From Dehalococcoidia bacterium (lineage in GTDB: Bacteria > Chloroflexota > Dehalococcoidia > SM23-28-2 > RBG-16-64-32), in NCBI GenBank assembly GCA_963665775.2, contig CAXXTF010000001.1:128001-192000 (forward strand): a DNA stretch of 64,000 nucleotides. The letters are read 5' to 3'. Below are positions 10,255 to 19,636 of this stretch, in pieces (within the stretch, counting starts at the first letter, position 1; every line of letters starts with the position of its first letter). The notes below the pieces were generated by a model. It was not told the DNA's origin. It did not search any database and saw only the letters and a program-made list of their open reading frames with translations. The translations under genes and the position numbers were made by a program.

Positions 10255-10449
10255 GTTCCACCTCGCGCTATAATGGCCCTGATTTCAGGCGGGCGAACCG
10301 CATTATATCGCGAAAGGAATGCTCATGCCTTCCCGCCACTCAGATCCGGGCCTAGACCCCGAAGCGGTTAACCACCGCCATCTCTCCCCTGCGCTGAGAC
10401 CGGCAACATTGGACGGTCAGCCGCTCCGACGCCTAATATAAGTCACGTA

Positions 10450-11145
10450 ATGACAAGAGAAACCTCCAGACGGATCGCCCTTGACCGGCGAGTGTGCATC
10501 GTCAGCGCCAGCCGAATCGAGGTTCGACCCCAGCGGGCGGCCGTGATCGTCCCGATCATCGGCCTGATGCTGGGTATCGGACTATTTGCCGCCGTAGCGG
10601 CGTTCGCCAACAGCCTGCCGGTGGTGGCGCTAGCAGCGATGCTCCTGCCGGGGATGATCATCACCCCCTTCTCGGGCATGGGTGTGGTCTACTCGGTAAT
10701 CGGGATGCACGTGTCTATCGATCCAAAGAAGCGTTCGGTCCGCTTTCAGCAAGGGTTAATGGGCCTGGGGGTGGGGACGGCGGAGTTGGTCCCCTTCGAG
10801 AGGATCGACCACATAGAAGTAGCCGACCCACCGACGGACGAAGAGGAGATAGAGGGCGTGGCGCTGCCTATGGAGTTCCGGGCCTGGGACATCGTGCTGG
10901 TGAGCACGAGTGAGAGGCGCCACTCCATAGGCCAGGCGGTGGCTTCGAATACAGCCGACCTCATCGATGAGGGGTTCGCGCGAGCCCTGGACACCGCCGA
11001 GGCGGTCGCCGAGATCACAGGCAAGAGCTTGACGGTCACCGCAGAGATGGAGGAGTCGGAGGAAGAGATCGAGAACGCGCAGGCGGAGGTGCAGGCGCAA
11101 ACGCAGCAACAGACGGTGGGCGAGCCGTTAGAGGAGATCCCATGA
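10450..11145 (+). CDS. Hypothetical membrane protein (two TM helices + soluble domain)
   Basis: 231-aa ORF with host-like codon usage; no recognised motif. Confidence 0.7.
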   Translation: MTRETSRRIALDRRVCIVSASRIEVRPQRAAVIVPIIGLMLGIGLFAAVAAFANSLPVVALAAMLLPGMIITPFSGMGVVYSVIGMHVSIDPKKRSVRFQQGLMGLGVGTAELVPFERIDHIEVADPPTDEEEIEGVALPMEFRAWDIVLVSTSERRHSIGQAVASNTADLIDEGFARALDTAEAVAEITGKSLTVTAEMEESEEEIENAQAEVQAQTQQQTVGEPLEEIP

Positions 11146-11340
11146 CGGAATCCCTCCCCCAAAGCACGACTCCGACATCCTGCACAACTACCGCAGCGCT
11201 AACAGATTAGCGCTTGTTCCACATTGATGCCCCATGCTACAATGCGATTGCTGATAGCGATGAGCATACCAGCGTTTTTGTGCTAGCACACTATTCGTTG
11301 AACCAGCTATGCTGTCCCGCAGTTTGGGCGGGGATCGATA

Positions 11341-12801
11341 GTGCATAGTAGCTGGCAAGAGAAATGCGGCGTTTTCGGCGTCTTTGCGCCGGATGAAGAT
11401 GTAGCCCGCATAACCTTTTACGGCATCTACGCCCTTCAACACAGAGGCCAGGAAAGCGCGGGCATCGCCACCGCGGACGGCCACCGCATCCACGTCCGCA
11501 CCGGCATGGGCCTGGTCGCCCAGGTGTTCGACGAGGCGGACCTGGGGCAACTCCCGGGACATATCGCTATCGGCCACAACCGCTACTCCACCACCGGCTC
11601 CAACCGTATCGAGAATGCCCAGCCGATATACCTTGATGGCAAGCACGGGCCTCTGGCCCTGGGCCACAACGGCAACCTGATCAACGCCGAGGTGCTGCGC
11701 TACGACCTGGAGAACCAGGGCTTCACCTTCGATGGCTCCACGGACACGGAAGTCGTGGCCTGCATGCTGGCCTCGGCTCCTGGAGCCGATTGGCCGGAGC
11801 GGGTGAGCAACACCATGCGCGCCATCACCGGCGCCTACTGCCTGATCGCCCTCACCCCCAACGAACTGATAGCCATGCGGGACCCCTACGGCCTGCGGCC
11901 CCTCTGCCTGGGACGGCTGAACGCCACCGGCTGGGTGATCGCCTCCGAGAGCTGCGCCCTGGACCACCTGGGCGCCGAGTTCGTGAGGGAGGTAGAGCCG
12001 GGCGAGGCGATCATTATCGACCGCGACGGATTGCATTCCATCCAGGCGGTGGAGCGACGGCGCGACGCCCTTTGCGTGTTCGAGTACATCTACTTCGCGC
12101 GGCCGGACAGCCTGCTCCGGGAGAAGCTGATCTATCCGACGCGTATGGCCATGGGGCGGGAGCTAGCCCGCCAGAGCCCGGTGGACGCGGACCTGGTGAT
12201 CGGTGTCCCGGACTCGGCTATCGCCGCTGCCATCGGCTACTCCCACGAGTCGGGCCTCCCTTACGCTGAGGGGCTGGTCAAGAACCGCTATGTGGGCCGG
12301 ACCTTCATCCAGCCCGACCAGCGGCTGCGAGACCAGGGCGTCTACCTCAAGTTCAATCCACTGAAGCAGGTCATCGAAGGGAAACGGCTGCTGGTGGTGG
12401 ACGACTCCATCGTGCGGGGAACGACCACGCCGAAGGTGGTGGAGATGCTGCGGCGGGCCGGGGCGCGGGAGATACACATGCGGATTTGTGCCCCGCCCAT
12501 CCGCCATCCCTGCCACTTCGGCATAGACATGGCCACCCAGTGGGAGCTCATCGCCTCCCATCAGTCGGTGGAGGAGATCCGACAGCACATCGGCGCCGAC
12601 AGCCTGGCCTACCTGACCATCGAGGGGCTGATGCGGGCCGTGGAGCAGCCCAAGGGGAGCTTCTGCACAGCCTGCTTTACGGGGGAGTACCCGATGCCTG
12701 TTCAGCTCCAGATGGACAAGCTTGTGTTCGAACGGGCCGGCCGGGGCGGCCGTCGAGAGCCGGTGGGCGTCAGCTGGAGCTGGGAGCAGGACCGGCGATA
12801 G
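11341..12801 (+). CDS. purF: Amidophosphoribosyltransferase
   Basis: EKCGVFG, LQHRGQE, HNRYSTTG, VDDSIVRGTT, CTACF. Confidence 0.98.
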   Translation: MHSSWQEKCGVFGVFAPDEDVARITFYGIYALQHRGQESAGIATADGHRIHVRTGMGLVAQVFDEADLGQLPGHIAIGHNRYSTTGSNRIENAQPIYLDGKHGPLALGHNGNLINAEVLRYDLENQGFTFDGSTDTEVVACMLASAPGADWPERVSNTMRAITGAYCLIALTPNELIAMRDPYGLRPLCLGRLNATGWVIASESCALDHLGAEFVREVEPGEAIIIDRDGLHSIQAVERRRDALCVFEYIYFARPDSLLREKLIYPTRMAMGRELARQSPVDADLVIGVPDSAIAAAIGYSHESGLPYAEGLVKNRYVGRTFIQPDQRLRDQGVYLKFNPLKQVIEGKRLLVVDDSIVRGTTTPKVVEMLRRAGAREIHMRICAPPIRHPCHFGIDMATQWELIASHQSVEEIRQHIGADSLAYLTIEGLMRAVEQPKGSFCTACFTGEYPMPVQLQMDKLVFERAGRGGRREPVGVSWSWEQDRR

Positions 12802-12891
12802 AAGCTCTGCTTAACCCCCGTCAGACTTCGCTGCCGGCCAGCCTCTCTCTCATTCATTGCACATGTCGGCTCTGAGGAAGCTGGCGGTAAG

Positions 12892-13371
12892 ATGCACGCA
12901 GACGAGCTCATGGAAGAACTTGGAAGCGCCCGCGAAGAGTTGCTAAGGCAGAGCGAGGGCCTTCCAGATTCAATCCTGCGGCAGAGGCCTGCTACGGACG
13001 AATGGTCCATGATCGAGGTACTCGCACATCACATAGATGATGTGGATTATCACTACCTGAACGAGGCATTCGCGATACGCGACAATCCCGAACACACCTT
13101 CAAGGTCTTCGATGACGAAAGGTGGAAGGCAGACCATACCGAATTACCAAGAATGCCCGTACAGCAGATCATGGATGATCTCAAGGAATCACATCGCACA
13201 GTCTTGGGAGCTGTCGCCCTGATGACGTCAGACGAGCTTGAGCGCGCCGGCATTCACCCACGGAGAGGTGCCTACACGGTCCGGGACGTCCTGCTGCGGT
13301 TTCCTGCCCACGACCGCAATCATGCCAAGCAGATAGAGTCTATCCGCAACCGCTTAGGCCTCCATCGATGA
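12892..13371 (+). CDS. DinB/YfiT-like family protein
   Basis: WSMIEVLAH...HDRNHAKQI; visibly lower GC than flanks. Confidence 0.85.
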   Translation: MHADELMEELGSAREELLRQSEGLPDSILRQRPATDEWSMIEVLAHHIDDVDYHYLNEAFAIRDNPEHTFKVFDDERWKADHTELPRMPVQQIMDDLKESHRTVLGAVALMTSDELERAGIHPRRGAYTVRDVLLRFPAHDRNHAKQIESIRNRLGLHR

Positions 13372-14432
13372 GCCAGGAGAAGCCCTCGCAGCACGCTTAC
13401 GCCGCTGCCGGAGTCGATATCGACGCCGCCGAGCGGCTGGTCTCGCGCTTCGCTGATCTGGCCAAGCTGACCCGTCGCCCGGAGGTCCTTGCCGACGTGG
13501 GCCCATTCGGCGGCCTGTTCCGGCTGGGCTCCTACCGAGAGCCCGTCCTGGTGGCCAGCACGGATGGCGTCGGCACCAAGGTGAAGCTGGCCGCCCTGCT
13601 GGAGAAGTACCGCGGCATAGGCGAGGATGTCGTGAACCAGAACATCAACGATGTCCTCTGCGCCGGGGCGGAGCCGCTCTTCTTCCTCGACTACATAGGC
13701 AGCGCCAGCCTGCCGGACGAGGCCAAGGTCGAGCTGGTGCGAGGCGTGGCGGCGGCCTGCCGGAATGCGGGCTGCGCCCTCCTGGGAGGCGAGACGGCCG
13801 ACATGCCGGGCGTCTACGCCACCGGCGACTTCGACCTCGTGGGGTTCGTCGTCGGTGTAGTGGAACGGGAGGCCGTCATCGACGGTTCCGGCATTCGGGA
13901 GGGCGACATCCTGTTGGGGCTTCCCTCCAGCGGCCTGCACAGCAACGGCTTCTCCCTGGTGCGGAAGGTGTTCGGCGTGGGGATGGGCGGCGATCCGGAG
14001 GCGGAGAGGGCGGTGCTGTACGCCAACTTCCCGGGCCTGGGGATGACCCTGGGCGAGGAGCTGCTACGGCGCCATCGCTGCTACTACAACGAGCTGAAAC
14101 CCGTCCTGCCGCTGCTGAAGGGGATCGCCCACATCACCCAGGGTGGCCTGCCGGGGAACCTCCCTCGCATCCTGCCGGATGGCCTGGCAGCCCGCCTCGA
14201 CAAGCCTGCCCTGAGCCGGGCCGACCGTTCGGCCTGGCGGCCGCAGCCCCTCTTCCGGCTGATCCAGGAGCGCGGTAACATCGCCGAGGAGGAGATGTAC
14301 CGGACGTTCAACATGGGGCTGGGCATGGTGCTGGCCGTGGCCCCGGAGAACGTCGACGCCGTGCGCTCGCAGCTGCGGGACGCCCTGCTGGTGGGGCAGG
14401 TGGTGCGGGGAGCCGGCGTGGAGTGGGGCTAG
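13368..14432 (+). CDS. purM: Phosphoribosylaminoimidazole synthetase
   Basis: YAAAGVD, STDGVGTK, GGETADMPG, SSGLHSNG, HITQGG, TFNMG. Confidence 0.97.
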   Translation: MSQEKPSQHAYAAAGVDIDAAERLVSRFADLAKLTRRPEVLADVGPFGGLFRLGSYREPVLVASTDGVGTKVKLAALLEKYRGIGEDVVNQNINDVLCAGAEPLFFLDYIGSASLPDEAKVELVRGVAAACRNAGCALLGGETADMPGVYATGDFDLVGFVVGVVEREAVIDGSGIREGDILLGLPSSGLHSNGFSLVRKVFGVGMGGDPEAERAVLYANFPGLGMTLGEELLRRHRCYYNELKPVLPLLKGIAHITQGGLPGNLPRILPDGLAARLDKPALSRADRSAWRPQPLFRLIQERGNIAEEEMYRTFNMGLGMVLAVAPENVDAVRSQLRDALLVGQVVRGAGVEWG

Positions 14433-14434
14433 AC

Positions 14435-14839
14435 GTGCCCACGTTCCGCGTCTACTACGCCGAGCGGATGCCCCGCGGAGCCCGCGACTGGATGCGGATG
14501 TACGGACTGCGCCGCCCCGGCTCAGAGCCCGAGGAGACGCGCCACAGCGAGATAGAGTGGGAGGAGGAGGTAGAGGCGAGAAACCAGGCAGACGCGCTCG
14601 ACATCTTCTTCAGGGAACACACCACAGATCGCGCACAGGTGATGCGGGTGGACGAGGCGGGCCAGAGCCACAAACTGCTCGGTCTGGAGGATTACGATCC
14701 GGAGATCAGATACATCTGGATCGAAGACGACAAGCTGATGCAGTATCAGGGCATGGACGAGGCTACCGCGGGCATGGTCACCTGTCCTCTCTGCGGAGGC
14801 GCAGGCGAGGTGGCCCAGCAGTTCTTGGAAGAGGAATAA
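14435..14839 (+). CDS. Hypothetical acidic protein with C-terminal CPLCGGAG motif
   Basis: ORF fills the purM-purH gap, host-like codon usage. Confidence 0.65.
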   Translation: MPTFRVYYAERMPRGARDWMRMYGLRRPGSEPEETRHSEIEWEEEVEARNQADALDIFFREHTTDRAQVMRVDEAGQSHKLLGLEDYDPEIRYIWIEDDKLMQYQGMDEATAGMVTCPLCGGAGEVAQQFLEEE

Positions 14840-14854
14840 AGAGGAGAACCCGCT

Positions 14855-16384
14855 ATGATCGCCTTCATCTCTGTTTCCGATAGGACGGGGGTCCAGGAGC
14901 TCGCCCTCGCCCTGGCCGAGCTGGGGTACGATATCTACTCCACCGGCGGCACCCAGAGACACCTGGCGGAGGCGGGGCTGGCCGTTCACAGTATCTCCTC
15001 CCTCACCGGCTTCCCGGAGATCCTGGGCGGCCGCATCAAGAGCATCCACCCCATCCTCTACGGCGGCGTCCTCGCCCGTCGCGACCTGCCGGAGCACATG
15101 GAGGAGCTGCGGCGCAACGACATCCCGCTCATAGACCTGGTATGCGTGAACCTCTACCCCTTCCTGCAGACGGTGGCCTCCGGCGCCGGCCACGACGACT
15201 GCCTGGAGCAGATCGACATCGGCGGCCCGGCCATCATTCGCGCCGCCGCCAAGAACTATCCCTTCGTCCTGGTGCTGGTGGACCCGGCAGACTACGCGGA
15301 GGCGCTGGATCACCTGCGCACGAACGGCCTGCCCCCGGAGTTCCGGCGCCGCCTGGCCGAGAAGGCCTTCCAGCACACCGCCCACTACGACACGGCGATC
15401 GCCCAGTACCTGCGGGGCGACGAGGACAGGTTTCCCGACCGGATCACCATCGCTCTGGACAAGGCGCTCCGGCTGCGCTACGGGGAGAACCCCCACCAGC
15501 AGGCCGCCCTCTACCGCGAGGAGCGAGTGGGCCAGCCCCCGAGCGGCATCGCCGCCGCCGAGAAGCTGCACGGGCTGGAGCTCTCCTATATCAACACCAT
15601 GGATGCCGATGCGGCCTGGCGGGCGGTAACGGAATTCGGAGGGCCCACCGTGGTGATCGTGAAGCACGCTACGCCCTGCGGGATCGCCTCCCACGAGGAG
15701 ATCGCCGTCGCTTACCAGCGGGCTTACGACTCTGACCCCATCTCCCCTTTCGGCGGTATCATCGCCGCCAACCGCCCGGTCACCTGGGAGATGACGGAGG
15801 TGATGAAGGGGATGCGCTACGACGTGATCGTAGCCCCGGAGTACGAGGCGGCGGCACTGGAGCGATTGCAGAAGCGGCGCGACCTGCGCATCCTGCGGAT
15901 GCCGGAGGGAGAACCGGGACAGAGTCTGGAGTACCGCAGCGTGGCCGGCGGTCTGCTGGTGCAGGAGATCGACCGCATGGACGCCGAGGAGCTAGAGCTG
16001 CGGGTGGTGACGAAGCGGGCGCCCACAGCCTTAGAGCTGGCGGACCTGCGCTTCGCCTGGAGAGCAGTGAGGCACGTGAAGTCCAACGCCATCGTCATCG
16101 CCCGGGAACAGGCCACCGTCGGGATCGGCGGCGGCCAGCCTAATCGGATCAAGCCCGTGGAGCTGGCCGTCGAGCGGGCCAGCGAGAAGGCGAAGGGAGC
16201 GGTGTTGGCCTCGGACGCCTTCTTCCCCTTCGCCCGCAACGACGCCGTGGAGATCGCCTGCCGGGCGGGGGTGACCGCCATCATCCAGCCCGGCGGCGGC
16301 GTCCGCGACGAGGAGGCGATGGCGGTCTGCGATGAGTACGGCGTGGCGATGGTGTTCACGGGCGCGCGCGCCTTCCGCCACTAA
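14855..16384 (+). CDS. purH: Bifunctional AICAR transformylase/IMP cyclohydrolase
   Basis: ISVSD, STGGT, IDIGG, LRYGENPHQ, KSNA, SDAFFPF, IIQPGG, FRH end. Confidence 0.98.
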   Translation: MIAFISVSDRTGVQELALALAELGYDIYSTGGTQRHLAEAGLAVHSISSLTGFPEILGGRIKSIHPILYGGVLARRDLPEHMEELRRNDIPLIDLVCVNLYPFLQTVASGAGHDDCLEQIDIGGPAIIRAAAKNYPFVLVLVDPADYAEALDHLRTNGLPPEFRRRLAEKAFQHTAHYDTAIAQYLRGDEDRFPDRITIALDKALRLRYGENPHQQAALYREERVGQPPSGIAAAEKLHGLELSYINTMDADAAWRAVTEFGGPTVVIVKHATPCGIASHEEIAVAYQRAYDSDPISPFGGIIAANRPVTWEMTEVMKGMRYDVIVAPEYEAAALERLQKRRDLRILRMPEGEPGQSLEYRSVAGGLLVQEIDRMDAEELELRVVTKRAPTALELADLRFAWRAVRHVKSNAIVIAREQATVGIGGGQPNRIKPVELAVERASEKAKGAVLASDAFFPFARNDAVEIACRAGVTAIIQPGGGVRDEEAMAVCDEYGVAMVFTGARAFRH

Positions 16385-16511
16385 CGCAGAACGGCATCCC
16401 CTCCCGTCTCTGACCTACACCGTACCGAACCGATCGCCGGACGCTGATCGGCACGCCCGAGTCCGCCTGCTAGTAAACATTCGGCATCGGGAAGATTTCT
16501 GCACCTAACCC

Positions 16512-16555
16512 TTGACAACAGAACACTTGTGCGTCTATGATTAGCACAACTGTTC
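16512..16555 (+). promoter_or_regulatory. Sigma70-type promoter with two LexA/SOS-like boxes
   Basis: TTGACA (16512-17), 18 nt, TATGAT (16536-41); GAAC-ACTT-GTGC (16521-32) and GCAC-AACT-GTTC (16544-55), each one mismatch from GAAC-N4-GTTC. Confidence 0.7.
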
Positions 16556-16575
16556 CGCTACTAGCCTGGAGATCT

Positions 16576-16719
16576 ATGCCGATGGCCGCCAACAACATCG
16601 CGACTCAGCTACGCTTGCCCCTCTTCCGCAGCGCCCGCTGCCCGGACTGCGGCGGCCCGCTGGTCCACGGCGAGGGCTGCCTCTCCTGTCCGGTCTGCGG
16701 CTTCTCCCGCTCCGGCTAG
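16576..16719 (+). CDS. Small zinc-ribbon protein with QLxLPL clamp-binding-like motif
   Basis: GGAG SD; (MP)MAANNIATQLRLPLFRSARCPDCGGPLVHGEGCLSCPVCGFSRSG. Confidence 0.75.
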   Translation: MPMAANNIATQLRLPLFRSARCPDCGGPLVHGEGCLSCPVCGFSRSG

Positions 16720-16764
16720 CCAACAATAGACGAGGGAGGCACCACGGGGCTATGATGGCCATAG

Positions 16765-18066
16765 ATGTCAGATCAACGCCCCACGGTGGCTATCCTTACC
16801 CTGGGCTGCAAGCTGAATCAGGCCGACTCCGAGGCCATAGCCCGGCACCTGGTGAACAGCGGCGCGCGGGTCACGGACCGGCCTCTCCGCGGCGCCGACG
16901 CCGTTGTCATTAACAGCTGCTCCGTGACCCACGTGGCGGAGCGCAAGGCGCGGCATCTGGTCCGCCAAGCGAGACGTCTCTCGCCAGGGACACAGATCGT
17001 CCTCACGGGCTGTTATGCGGAGACCGCGCCGGCCGACATCGCTGCCCGCACCGGCGCCGACCTGATCCTCCGCAACCATGAGAAACACTCGATTCCCGAC
17101 TGGCTCCTGAAGCGGTTGGCGCAGAAGGGCGACCCGTCCGCCGGCTGCCCCACGCCCATGCAGAGCGGACTGCGGACGAGGGCCTTTATCAAGATCCAGG
17201 AGGGCTGCAACGAGATGTGCGCCTTCTGCATCGTCCCCCGTACCCGAGGCCGTGAACGCAGCGTGCTTATCCCCCAGGTGGTTGACCAGGCGCTGGAGCG
17301 CCAGACCGAGGGCGTGCTGGAGATAGTCCTCACGGGCACCCAGCTGGGCAACTACGGGCGGGACCTGGGCTGGACGGAGACTGGACCTCGTCCCCTGCTG
17401 GCGGCGCTGCTGGAGCGGACATCGGTGCCGCGGATCCGGCTATCGTCGCTGCAGGCCCAGGACATCTCGACCCCACTCCTAGAGCTGTGGAACGACTCGC
17501 GACTCTGCCCCCACTTCCACCTGCCCCTGCAGAGCGGCTCCGATGCCGTCCTCCGCCGCATGCGGCGCCGCTATAGCGCCGATGAGTTCCGGCGGGCGGT
17601 GGAGACGATCCGGGAGCGGATGCCGAACGCGGCCGTGACCACGGACGTCATCGCCGGCTTCCCCGGAGAGACAGACGCGGACTTCGAAGCCACCCTGCGG
17701 CTGTGCGACGACGTTGGCTTCGCTGCCGTTCACGCCTTCCCCTACTCGCGTCGGCCCGGCACGGGCGCCACCCTCATGGGCGATCAGCTCCCGCCACCGG
17801 TGAAGCGGTCTCGACTGGAACGGCTGCTGGCGGCGGGTCGGGCCTCCGCCGAGGCGTTCCGCCGGGGATTCCTGGGCCAAACCCTGCCCGTTCTGTGGGA
17901 GCAGAGGAAGGCAGGACGGTGGCAGGGATTGACCGCCAACTACATCCGCGTTTACACTTCCGCCGACGAGGAGTTGGCGAACCGGCTCAGCCCAACACGC
18001 CTGCTGGCCCTGGACGGCGAAGGCGTCGTCGGGCTGCCGGAGCGCACCGCGGCACGAAGCGCATGA
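16765..18066 (+). CDS. mtaB: tRNA t6A37 methylthiotransferase
   Basis: TLGCKLNQADSE, INSCSVT, IKIQEGCNEMCAFC, HFHLPLQSG. Confidence 0.92.
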   Translation: MSDQRPTVAILTLGCKLNQADSEAIARHLVNSGARVTDRPLRGADAVVINSCSVTHVAERKARHLVRQARRLSPGTQIVLTGCYAETAPADIAARTGADLILRNHEKHSIPDWLLKRLAQKGDPSAGCPTPMQSGLRTRAFIKIQEGCNEMCAFCIVPRTRGRERSVLIPQVVDQALERQTEGVLEIVLTGTQLGNYGRDLGWTETGPRPLLAALLERTSVPRIRLSSLQAQDISTPLLELWNDSRLCPHFHLPLQSGSDAVLRRMRRRYSADEFRRAVETIRERMPNAAVTTDVIAGFPGETDADFEATLRLCDDVGFAAVHAFPYSRRPGTGATLMGDQLPPPVKRSRLERLLAAGRASAEAFRRGFLGQTLPVLWEQRKAGRWQGLTANYIRVYTSADEELANRLSPTRLLALDGEGVVGLPERTAARSA

Positions 18067-18743
18067 ACGAGACCAACCGCAGCGTCATCATCCTTCTGGC
18101 CGGCCTCGGGATCATCGCGATGGCCGTCGTGGTCTTCGCGACCTGGGCCGCCGACGAGGAGGCCGTCGACCGGCTAGGGGACTTCGTCGAGTATCTGGAC
18201 GCCCACCGCGATGATCCCGAACGGCTGATCCTGAGCCTGGGCGCCCTGGTTATGGCCATTCTGGCCCTGCTTGTAATAGTCCTGGAGATCGCCCCAGAAG
18301 AGGAGACACGCGAGCTGAGGGTGGAGCAGGCCGGCACGATGGTGGTCGTGCCGGCGGGGGCACTGCGGCTGCGGCTGGAGGAGGCGCTCTCGGCCCTACC
18401 CCAGGTGACGGCCGCCAAGGTCCGCGTCTTCTCTCGCGATAAGGGTATAGGTACATCCCTTGAGCTGACCATAACCCCCGATGCTAACGTGGCCGCGGTC
18501 ACCCAGGAGGCCACCCGCACGGTAGCGGATTCGCTGCAGACGGACCTGGGGCTGCCGGTGGCCGGCCTCCCCTCTGTGCGGATCACCTTCGGCGAGCCCA
18601 AGGCAGGGCCTGTGGCCTCTTCGGTACTCCAGCCGCCTCCCGAAGGAAACGAAGGGCCGGTGCAGCCGCCCGCCAGCGGTCAGACGCCCGCCCCTGAATC
18701 CGGGGCTCCGGACGAGCCTCCAGACGAGCGCCCGCTGCCGTAG
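18063..18743 (+). CDS. Membrane-anchored protein, AmaP/Asp23-related
   Basis: Two N-terminal TM helices, Asp23-like alpha/beta region, Pro-rich tail. Confidence 0.55.
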   Translation: MNETNRSVIILLAGLGIIAMAVVVFATWAADEEAVDRLGDFVEYLDAHRDDPERLILSLGALVMAILALLVIVLEIAPEEETRELRVEQAGTMVVVPAGALRLRLEEALSALPQVTAAKVRVFSRDKGIGTSLELTITPDANVAAVTQEATRTVADSLQTDLGLPVAGLPSVRITFGEPKAGPVASSVLQPPPEGNEGPVQPPASGQTPAPESGAPDEPPDERPLP

Positions 18744-18752
18744 GATACGGCG

Positions 18753-19292
18753 ATGGCCCGCGAAGCTCGTCCGGACATCGTGAAGCTGGTCATCGAGAGC
18801 CTCCTCTTCCTGGCTGACGAGCCGGTGGAGCTGGCGGTCCTGGCCCGCGTTGCCGAGGCGAGGGTAGAGGATGCGATGCAGGCCGTCGAGACGATCGCCG
18901 CCGAGTGCCAGGGCCGAGGAGTACGCATCCAGCGCGCCGGATCGGCGGTGCAGATGGTGACAGCGCCGGAGACGGCAGCCTACGTGGAGCAGTTCCTGGG
19001 AGTGGAGGAGGACCATCGGCTGTCTCACGCCTCGCTGGAGACCCTGGCCATCGTCGCCTACAAACAGCCCATCGCCCGCACCGCCATCGAGGCGATCCGC
19101 GGCGTGAACTGCGACCGAGCAGTGGCCTCACTCAAGGCGCGGGGGCTGGTGGCTGAGGTAGGGCGGGCGGCAGGCGCCGGGCGACCATATCTATACGGCA
19201 CGACCTTCCGCTTCCTGGAGTACTTCGGGTTGGAACAGCCGGGTGATCTGCCGCCCCTGCCGGAGCGACCCCCGGCCCAAGACGAGGACTAA
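18753..19292 (+). CDS. scpB: SMC-Scp complex subunit ScpB
   Basis: IESLLF, LSHASLETLAIVAYKQP, IRGV, YGTTFRFLEYFGL. Confidence 0.95.
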   Translation: MAREARPDIVKLVIESLLFLADEPVELAVLARVAEARVEDAMQAVETIAAECQGRGVRIQRAGSAVQMVTAPETAAYVEQFLGVEEDHRLSHASLETLAIVAYKQPIARTAIEAIRGVNCDRAVASLKARGLVAEVGRAAGAGRPYLYGTTFRFLEYFGLEQPGDLPPLPERPPAQDED

Positions 19293-19293
19293 C

Positions 19294-19602
19294 ATGAGCA
19301 TGACGGTAGGTCTGTGTAGCGTCCGGCTGCGCCTACCGGATAACCACACGCTGAAGGGGAAGCGGCAGGTCGTGAAATCGCTGCTGGCCCGCCTCCACAA
19401 CAAGTTCAACGTGGCCGCAGCCGAGGTTGACGACCAGGACCGCTGGCAGATGGTCTCCCTGGGGTTCACCTGCGTGACCACCAGCGAGCGACATGCCCAT
19501 CAGATGATGGCCAGCGTCATCGCCTTTATCCAGGCAGAGCGGCTGGACGCGGAGCTGGTGGACTACCGGACCGAGGTGCTGCACGGGCTGGACGACGGGT
19601 AG
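19294..19602 (+). CDS. DUF503 (YlxP-like) protein
   Basis: LKGKRQVVKS...KFNVAAAEVDDQD. Confidence 0.9.
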   Translation: MSMTVGLCSVRLRLPDNHTLKGKRQVVKSLLARLHNKFNVAAAEVDDQDRWQMVSLGFTCVTTSERHAHQMMASVIAFIQAERLDAELVDYRTEVLHGLDDG

Positions 19603-19636
19603 CTCGCGTAATGCGAGGCGGGACAGCCGCCGAACG

